Assembly: GCA_964435455.1 (NCBI GenBank)
Contig: CAYSYH010000003.1
Span: 1-43,186 of the forward strand
Length of the DNA stretch: 43,186 nucleotides
Source of the DNA: an uncultured Candidatus Saccharibacteria bacterium
GTDB lineage: Bacteria > Patescibacteriota > WWE3 > 2-01-FULL-39-13 > JAACPI01
Direction: 5' to 3'
The notes beneath the pieces were generated by a model. The model saw only the letters and a list, made by a program, of their open reading frames with translations, had not been told where the DNA came from and did no database searches. Positions 37,770 to 43,186 of the stretch are shown here, one piece after another; the stretch's first letter is position 1; each line of letters begins with the position of its first letter. Made by a program: the position numbers and the translations under genes.

Positions 37770-38843
37770 ATGTTTATAAAAAATCTAGAACTATTAAACT
37801 TTAGAAATTATAAAAAGAAAATATTCAAATTTAATAGAAACTTAAATATTATAATAGGGGCAAACGGATCGGGTAAAACCAATGTACTGGAAGCTATATA
37901 TATACTATCTCAAGGAAAAAGCTGGAGAAGCCATTATGATTATGAAACCATAAGAGAGGGAGAAAATTATTTAAATATAAAATCAATAACTATTATTAAC
38001 AAGCAAAAAATTAATATGTTTATAGCCTTACAAAAAGGCGTGGGAAATAGATCTAAAAAAGCTTTTAAAATAAATAATGTATCTAAAAGTATGCAAAAAT
38101 TTACAGGCACATTAAAAAGTGTTTTATTTAGCCCAGACGATTTAGAGATTATAACAGGAGCTCCTTCTAAACGAAGACTATTTTTAAATGATATCTTAAA
38201 ACAAACAGATAATGATTACAAAAGAAACCTAGCCAACTTAAAAAAAGTGATTTCGTCTAGAAATAAATTACTACAAAATATTGCCGAAAAAGGATATAAA
38301 CACACAGAATTAGAATTTTGGGATTACCAACTACTAAAATTTTCCAACTATATCACACAAAAACGTAAGGAGTTAATAGATTATTTAAATTATTTTATAA
38401 AGGATAATTTTAAAAAGATATCAAATACAAACTCGACATTAAAAATAGATTATAAAGATTCAAAAATTAGTAAAGAAAGATTAATAGAATACCAAAAAAA
38501 AGAGATAGCAGCAAAAAGAACCCTGATTGGGGCACAAAAAGAAGACTTAATACTAAACTCCTCCAAAAACAATGGACCCTTCTTAAGTACTAGGTTTTTT
38601 TCTAGTAGAGGAGAACAACGAACAGCGTCATTTGTACTAAAATTGGGGGCATTAGATTTTATTAAAGAAAAAACTAAAGAAAAAGCCATACTATTGTTAG
38701 ATGATATTTATAGCGAACTAGATATATATCATAGAAAATCAATATCTAAATATTTTAAAAAAAACCAAATATTTATTACTAGCTCAGAAGTAAAAATGAT
38801 TCCTAAAGAAATTTTAAAAGAATCAAAAATATATAGGATATAA
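37770..38843 (+). CDS. recF: DNA replication and repair protein RecF
   Basis: LELLNFRNY, GANGSGKTNVLEAI (Walker A), SRGEQRTASFVLKLG (signature), ILLLDDIYSELD (Walker B). Confidence 0.85.
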   Translation: MFIKNLELLNFRNYKKKIFKFNRNLNIIIGANGSGKTNVLEAIYILSQGKSWRSHYDYETIREGENYLNIKSITIINKQKINMFIALQKGVGNRSKKAFKINNVSKSMQKFTGTLKSVLFSPDDLEIITGAPSKRRLFLNDILKQTDNDYKRNLANLKKVISSRNKLLQNIAEKGYKHTELEFWDYQLLKFSNYITQKRKELIDYLNYFIKDNFKKISNTNSTLKIDYKDSKISKERLIEYQKKEIAAKRTLIGAQKEDLILNSSKNNGPFLSTRFFSSRGEQRTASFVLKLGALDFIKEKTKEKAILLLDDIYSELDIYHRKSISKYFKKNQIFITSSEVKMIPKEILKESKIYRI

Positions 38844-38850
38844 TTAAATT

Positions 38851-39099
38851 ATGAAAATAAAAAATATTTTCTTAAGATTTAAAAACAAAAAAAATAAAAA
38901 TACAAGCAAAGAATATAAAATATTTTCTGCTACAGATATGCAAAAATATAAACCTAATGAATACGTTCTTTTTACAGAAAAAGGAGTATACGCACACGGG
39001 TTCAATTTAAAAAAACTTCTTAAAAAATTTGAACAGGAAAATCCTAACAAAAGACCCCTAATTGTTAAAATACCTCCTAAAAAATTTACTTTGATGTAG
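38851..39099 (+). CDS. Small DUF5678-like protein (partner of the downstream aspartic protease)
   Basis: 82 aa. The C-terminal half, KYKPNEYVLFTEKGVYAHGFNLKKLLKKFEQENPNKRPLIVKIP, fits my memory of the DUF5678 pattern (..gkWVAi.dgkvva.g.....l.....k.p...p.i.kiP). TATAAT at 38839-38844 lies 6 nt upstream. ATG 38938 (MQKYK..) is an alternative start. Confidence 0.45.
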   Translation: MKIKNIFLRFKNKKNKNTSKEYKIFSATDMQKYKPNEYVLFTEKGVYAHGFNLKKLLKKFEQENPNKRPLIVKIPPKKFTLM

Positions 39100-39533
39100 T
39101 GTTTAAAAAACTATTCGCAAATTTTTTTTGTTATAAATATAAAGGAGAGAAAAAAACTTTTGAATATATAAAAATGGGAACAACGTATTACCCTTCGTGT
39201 GAATTAATAATTTTTAGAAAACAAAAAAAATACAAATATACTTTTATTATTGATTCTGGAGCTGATATAACAATTATACCTAAATCTGTAGGAGAGCAAA
39301 TGAACTTACCAAAAGGTAAGTTAAGATATTTAGGCGGAATATCTGGAAGAATAGGATATTATATAAATACAGTAAATTTGGAATTAGCTAATAAAAAGCT
39401 TAAAGCAAAAATAGCTTGGTCCACAAAAGACACTGTGCCGTTATTGCTAGGCAGAAAAGATATATTTAACCAATTTAAAATTTGTTTTAAGGAAAAAAAT
39501 AAAAAAGTGATATTTATACCCTTAAAAAATTAA
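39099..39533 (+). CDS. Single-domain retropepsin-like (clan AA) aspartic protease
   Basis: FIIDSGADITIIP (D-S-G-A active-site motif, Asp codon at 39252-39254) and VPLLLGRKDIF (the retropepsin hhGR(D/N) motif). About 120-144 aa, so it must dimerise. The GTG start overlaps the upstream TAG stop (TAGTG at 39097-39101). ATG 39174 is an alternative start. Confidence 0.7.
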   Translation: MFKKLFANFFCYKYKGEKKTFEYIKMGTTYYPSCELIIFRKQKKYKYTFIIDSGADITIIPKSVGEQMNLPKGKLRYLGGISGRIGYYINTVNLELANKKLKAKIAWSTKDTVPLLLGRKDIFNQFKICFKEKNKKVIFIPLKN

Positions 39534-40417
39534 ATTAATTCACGGGCTTCTTTGCGAACATCTTTTAATAGGTAAGCAGGGCCTTTTAAAGACAAAACTG
39601 ACCTAGCATAGTATTTTGATAACAAATCTTTTTTAGTTTGTTTACAAGCTAAAGCTTTTAACAACACAGCTTTAGATAACCACACATTAAATTTTATAGT
39701 AGCGTCCTGTGAATCTTTGTAAAATTCTTTTAGGTAACCGTCATATATTTTTTCTTCGGCTAAATGAGCTGTATAAAAAGCTTTATCATATTCACCTAAT
39801 AAATAATAGTTTTTTGCCAAATTACCTAAGGGCCAAGCTAAATGTGCCTTAGAACCAGGAAAATCTTTTATTGTAGATTTTAAAGTTGAAATGGCCTTTT
39901 TTAAAAGACTCTCCCTTTCTTTTTTACTTGTTGTAAGAAGAGCTAAATTAGTAAGTAAACTAGCATAATGTACTTTTAATATGTTTATTGAATGTTGTGG
40001 GATATTATCTGAAGGTTTTCTTAAAACTTCGCGCATTAGGGATTGTGCCTTTTGTAAATAAGCCTTTTTAGAAGAGGTACTTTTAGCCCTTTTTGCTAGC
40101 AAAGTATATACAATTCTCAAATGTCCAACTACATCTATAAATCCTCTATAATTGTTATGTGTTTTATCCCATTCTAAAACACTCTCAAAGAGATTTTTTG
40201 ATAAATACAAAGAACCTTTTTCACGCAAAATTATAGCATTATTTTTTACTCGCTCTCGTACTTTTTTATTATCCGAAACGTTTAACATATTATCTAAACA
40301 ACAATTTGTTATTATTTTTTGAACTCTCTGAGGACTTATATCAAAATCCTTGGCTAGATGGTAAATAGATTTATTAGTCTTTAAATAAGAATTAAATATT
40401 TTTTTACTAGAAACCAT
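39530..40417 (-). CDS. Hypothetical all-alpha protein: N-terminal HTH-like segment plus TPR-like repeats
   Basis: SIYHLAKDFDISPQRVQKII looks like a helix-turn-helix. The C-terminal region contains TPR-like units (for example LGNLAKNYYLLGEYDKAFYTAHLAEEK). The stop codon shares bases with the protease stop (ttaa at 39530-39533). No family recognised. Confidence 0.5.
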   Translation of the reverse strand: MVSSKKIFNSYLKTNKSIYHLAKDFDISPQRVQKIITNCCLDNMLNVSDNKKVRERVKNNAIILREKGSLYLSKNLFESVLEWDKTHNNYRGFIDVVGHLRIVYTLLAKRAKSTSSKKAYLQKAQSLMREVLRKPSDNIPQHSINILKVHYASLLTNLALLTTSKKERESLLKKAISTLKSTIKDFPGSKAHLAWPLGNLAKNYYLLGEYDKAFYTAHLAEEKIYDGYLKEFYKDSQDATIKFNVWLSKAVLLKALACKQTKKDLLSKYYARSVLSLKGPAYLLKDVRKEARELI

Positions 40418-40456
40418 ACTATATTACTTATAATTTAATAAATTAGTTAATTAATA

Positions 40457-40894
40457 TCAATAGCTATTTGGATTTAATATTTTAATTAAATCTAAAGTAT
40501 AAGTATTATTTACCAAACGAGGTTTAACCAGCATAGTATAATAATTATGTAATATAAACGGCTTTGTATTTTTTACATAAACAATAATATCTTTGTAAGT
40601 AAGTTTAGAATCGTCTAATATAGTAATCTTTTGTTCAGAAATAACTATACGTTTTTTTAAACAATCAGGACAAGTATAAATAACAAAACCTTTAATTATA
40701 AAAGGGTCCCCTTTAGGTTTATTTTTATTTACATAACGTATAGTATACTTTTTTTCTGAGGATTTTAATTTTTGCGTAGAATTTAAGTCTGTAAAAGAAG
40801 TTGAAACAAGATATTTTCTAAAATTTTCAACATTACTAAAACCCACAAAAATTAAAAACAAAACAAGTATATAAAAAACGGGATGTAGCTTCAT
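40457..40894 (-). CDS. Hypothetical secreted or signal-anchored beta-rich protein
   Basis: I chose the start at ATG 40894 (MKLHPVFYILVLFLIFVGFSNV.. looks like a signal or anchor sequence) because TACAAT (minus strand, 40903-40908) lies 8 nt upstream. The ORF track starts at 40942. Contains one CPDC motif. No family recognised. Confidence 0.45.
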   Translation of the reverse strand: MKLHPVFYILVLFLIFVGFSNVENFRKYLVSTSFTDLNSTQKLKSSEKKYTIRYVNKNKPKGDPFIIKGFVIYTCPDCLKKRIVISEQKITILDDSKLTYKDIIVYVKNTKPFILHNYYTMLVKPRLVNNTYTLDLIKILNPNSY

Positions 40895-40926
40895 TAATTT
40901 TAATTGTAACCTAAAATAAATAAAGA

Positions 40927-40956
40927 TTGAATAAAAAAACAATTATAGAATATAAT
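40927..40956 (+). promoter_or_regulatory. Sigma70-type promoter TTGAAT-18 nt-TATAAT, with the -10 ending 6 nt before GTG 40963
   Basis: TTGAAT at 40927-40932 (this is the TTG used as the start in the ORF track) and TATAAT at 40951-40956. Confidence 0.45.
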
Positions 40957-40962
40957 TACAAC

Positions 40963-42120
40963 GTGGATATATTATCAGAAAACCAAAAAAGTGCTCTAAC
41001 AAAATTAGAATCTTGGGTAGATAAACCAACTAAACAATACATTACATTAGGTGGGTATGCAGGTACTGGCAAAACTACACTTATATCCATTTTAAAACAA
41101 AGATTAGAACAAAAAAGAAAAATTAAAATAGCAATGTGCAGCTATACTGGAAAGGCTTCTTTTGTACTAAGAAAAACCTTAAAAAGATTGAGCTCTTTAA
41201 AAAAAGGTGATTATGTATCTACAATACATAGTTTAATTTACTCACCAATTACAAACGCCAAAGAGGAAATAGTAGGGTGGGCAAAAAAGGAGGAATTAAA
41301 TTATGATTTAATAATAATTGACGAATCCTCTATGGTAAGTGGAGATATTTGGAAAGATTTATTATCCTTTAATATACCTATAATTGCCGTAGGAGATCAC
41401 GGGCAGTTACCCCCAATAAACGATAACTTTAACTTATTGTCCAAACCGGATATATTACTAAATGAAATACATAGGCAAGCAAAAAATAATCCTATTATAA
41501 AAGTTTCCATGGTTGCAAGAAAGTTTGGAGAAATACCCTTTAAAAAATTTAGTAATAACGTTTTAAAAATAGATAAGAAAAATCCACTTAGTACAGAAAT
41601 AATAGAAAAAGTTTTACAAAAGCAAAAAAATAATATGTTAGTGCTCTGTGGATACAACAACACACGAATAAAATTAAACAAAAGCATAAGAAACCTAAAA
41701 GGATATATAAACAACGAACCAGAACCTGGAGAAAAGGTAATATGTCTTAGAAATAATCATAAAGAAGGAATATATAATGGAATGATTGGGACAATTAAAA
41801 GCATCTCCTACGATAACTCTAAAGAATATTATGCGGAAATAAAAATGCAAGACACTAATAATATATTTAAAGGCAAAATATTAAAAGAGCAGTTTAATAA
41901 TCCACTATCATTAAACTTTTCAAAAGAACGCAAAAGGACACTTACAAGCGATCTGTTTGATTACGGATATGCTTTAACAGTACATAAAGCACAAGGTAGT
42001 CAAGCTAAAACAGTAATACTTTTTGAAGAAAAATTTGCCAAAATGGAAAACAGTTTATGGAAAAGATGGCTCTATACAGCAGTTACTAGAGCTCAGGAAA
42101 ATTTATATATTATAGCGTAA
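40963..42120 (+). CDS. Compact SF1B helicase of the RecD/Dda/Pif1-like type (AAA_30 plus UvrD_C_2 architecture)
   Basis: LSENQKSAL, GGYAGTGKTT (Walker A), IIIDESSMV (Walker B), AVGDHGQLPPI, IHRQ, YALTVHKAQGSQAKTVIL, YTAVTRAQENLYII. The GTG 40963 start is inferred from the promoter geometry. The ORF track uses TTG 40927. Confidence 0.8.
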   Translation: MDILSENQKSALTKLESWVDKPTKQYITLGGYAGTGKTTLISILKQRLEQKRKIKIAMCSYTGKASFVLRKTLKRLSSLKKGDYVSTIHSLIYSPITNAKEEIVGWAKKEELNYDLIIIDESSMVSGDIWKDLLSFNIPIIAVGDHGQLPPINDNFNLLSKPDILLNEIHRQAKNNPIIKVSMVARKFGEIPFKKFSNNVLKIDKKNPLSTEIIEKVLQKQKNNMLVLCGYNNTRIKLNKSIRNLKGYINNEPEPGEKVICLRNNHKEGIYNGMIGTIKSISYDNSKEYYAEIKMQDTNNIFKGKILKEQFNNPLSLNFSKERKRTLTSDLFDYGYALTVHKAQGSQAKTVILFEEKFAKMENSLWKRWLYTAVTRAQENLYIIA

Positions 42121-42127
42121 ACGATTA

Positions 42128-43186
42128 TGAAAGTAGGTATAATACACTTTAGAATAGGGCTTACAGATGGAGTGTCTTTAGAAATTGAAAAAAGAATAAA
42201 AATTTTAAAAAAAATGGGACATAGTGTAATTACAATTGGAGGAGAAGAATCCCTAAAAGCCGACTATACTGTAAAAGGGTTGGATTACGATTCCAAAATA
42301 GCTAAATATTGGAGAAATATATTTTTTGAAACTAACTATAATAATAAAAACACAAAAAAAAGAACGTTCAAAAAAGATGTTTTAAAAATACAGAAGCAAG
42401 TAAATAATATTTTTTTAAAAGAAAAATTCAACATAGTATTTATCCATAATTTATTTAGTCTTGCATCAAACCCAATAGCAACAACGGCATTAAAAAACAT
42501 AATTAAAAAAAATCCAGATATTAAATTTATACTGGTAAATCATGATTATTATTGGGAGAGAGAATACTCTAGAAAACCTAAAAGTTTAAAGGCTAGTAAA
42601 TTTTGTGAAACATATCTACCATTAAAAGGAAAAAATATAACAAATTGCTCCATAAACAAATCAGCACAACAAGAATTGATACGTTTTAAAAATATTCATA
42701 GTATAGTAATTGGAGATACATTTGATTTTAAAACAAAGCACTTTGGTACAAAAAACATTAACGAATACAAAAAGCTTAGAAAATTACTAAAAATAGAAGA
42801 AGAAGCTATCGTTTTTTTACAGGCTACAAGGATAGTACCCCGTAAAGCCATAGAAACAAGTATAGATTTTTTAGAGGAAGTAAATAAAAGAAAAAAAGAA
42901 ATATTTAAAAATTACACAAATATATTCAAAAAAAAATCTACTGCTCCTAAAATTTATTTACTTTTATCTAATTTTGTGGAAAAAAGTGAAACACAGTATT
43001 TAAAAAAAATATTAAGCTATGCCAAAAAAAGAAATGTAACAATAATACAAGTATCCAAATATATTTACAAAAAATTTAGTTTTTGGGATTTTTACGATAT
43101 ATCTGATTTTGTCATGTACACCAGTATTAAAGAAGGATGGGGAAATCAATTTTTAGAACTTGTAGCAGCAAAAAAATTGGGAATAG
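42128..43186 (+). CDS. GT-B fold glycosyltransferase (family 4-like), 3'-truncated by the window end
   Basis: Not in the ORF track, which needs a stop. I translated the frame from ATG 42128 by hand and it stays open to 43186: MKVGIIHFRIGLTDGVSLEIEKR...ATRIVPRKAIE...YTSIKEGWGNQFLELVAAKKLGI (an E-x-x-G...LE motif typical of GT4). It starts 7 nt after the helicase stop. Confidence 0.6.

Noticed and set aside
34174-38843. Integrated element using tRNA-Phe as an attachment site.
   Set aside because: I found no repeat of the tRNA 3' end (GTTCGACTCTCACCCTCACCA) downstream. There is no integrase, and the downstream genes (nth, mutM, recF) are core repair genes.
39143-39148. AAGGAG inside the protease ORF as a Shine-Dalgarno sequence for an internal start.
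   Set aside because: No in-frame ATG, GTG or TTG lies within 5-12 nt downstream. The next ATG (39174) is 25 nt away, so the match is probably just the Lys-Gly-Glu codons.
40927-40929. TTG as the start codon of the helicase, with a 16-nt overlap with the long form of the divergent ORF.
   Set aside because: The TTG is the first triplet of a TTGAAT hexamer, 18 nt upstream of a perfect TATAAT. GTG 40963 sits 6 nt after that -10, matching 11 other starts. This remains an inference.
1519-41714. About 25 short ORFs (60-105 aa) in the track lie antisense to or inside larger annotated genes. Examples: 1519-1791, 3848-4042, 4642-4881, 6014-6211, 6754-7005, 9088-9324, 11946-12182, 12405-12611, 15256-15564, 17664-17858, 20196-20378, 21776-22070, 24393-24587, 25659-25898, 27763-27975, 31388-31609, 31721-31993, 32300-32521, 32744-32989, 33807-34055, 36416-36733, 38450-38689, 38844-39050 and 41397-41714.
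   Set aside because: Each is fully embedded in a longer ORF with clear family motifs. Their translations are low-complexity (Ser/Phe/Leu/Lys-rich), as expected for shadow frames of AT-rich genes. None shows a recognisable motif or its own promoter geometry.
1-43186. CRISPR arrays, tandem repeats, IS elements, rRNA, or other structured ncRNAs (tmRNA, RNase P, SRP RNA).
   Set aside because: Non-coding gaps are all 163 bp or shorter and AT-rich. Apart from the tRNA, I saw no GC-rich structured segment, no spaced direct repeats and no transposase-like ORF. Short dispersed repeats cannot be excluded without a computational self-alignment.

Overview
All calls come from reading the supplied translations and the DNA by eye. 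No searches were run, so family names are motif-level recognitions.

The window is AT-rich (roughly 30% G+C by eye) and extremely gene-dense. I count about 46 CDS and one tRNA, with many 1-14 nt gene overlaps. I recognised no rRNA, CRISPR array, transposase or integrase. The standard genetic code applies, because TGA is used as a stop in two ATGA overlaps.

The gene content suggests a reduced-genome bacterium of the Patescibacteria/CPR type. This is inference from the split transketolase, LOG protein, class II RNR with NrdR, stand-alone 5'-3' exonuclease and many small membrane proteins.

Recognisable content, in order:
- Pentose-phosphate operon: tktN, tktC, LOG, divergent Rpe-like.
- RmuC, then a UvrD-type helicase fused to a Cas4/AddB-like Fe-S nuclease, then BdbC.
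- Envelope-glycan cluster: UbiA/DPPR-synthase-like, WecA/MraY-like GT4, membrane GT2.
- A long minus-strand housekeeping array: TatD, MetRS, PyrG, RpiB, NrdJ, NrdR, DHH phosphoesterase, FtsH, TrpRS, DUF4349, DsbA-like, Lgt, PfkB kinase.
- A plus-strand repair array: LigA, FEN-like exonuclease, tRNA-Phe, Nth, Fpg, RecF.

The only block without housekeeping identity is 38.84-42.12 kb. It holds a small DUF5678-like protein translationally coupled to a single-domain retropepsin-like aspartic protease. It also holds a convergent pair (secreted protein plus HTH/TPR-like protein) and a compact Dda/RecD-like SF1B helicase. I rank this block, and especially the protease cassette, as the best candidate for an undescribed system, but there is no functional evidence.

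A window-wide sequence observation is a TATAAT-like -10 hexamer 6-10 nt upstream of 12 operon-leading start codons. This suggests predominantly leaderless mRNAs, and I used it to revise three start codons.
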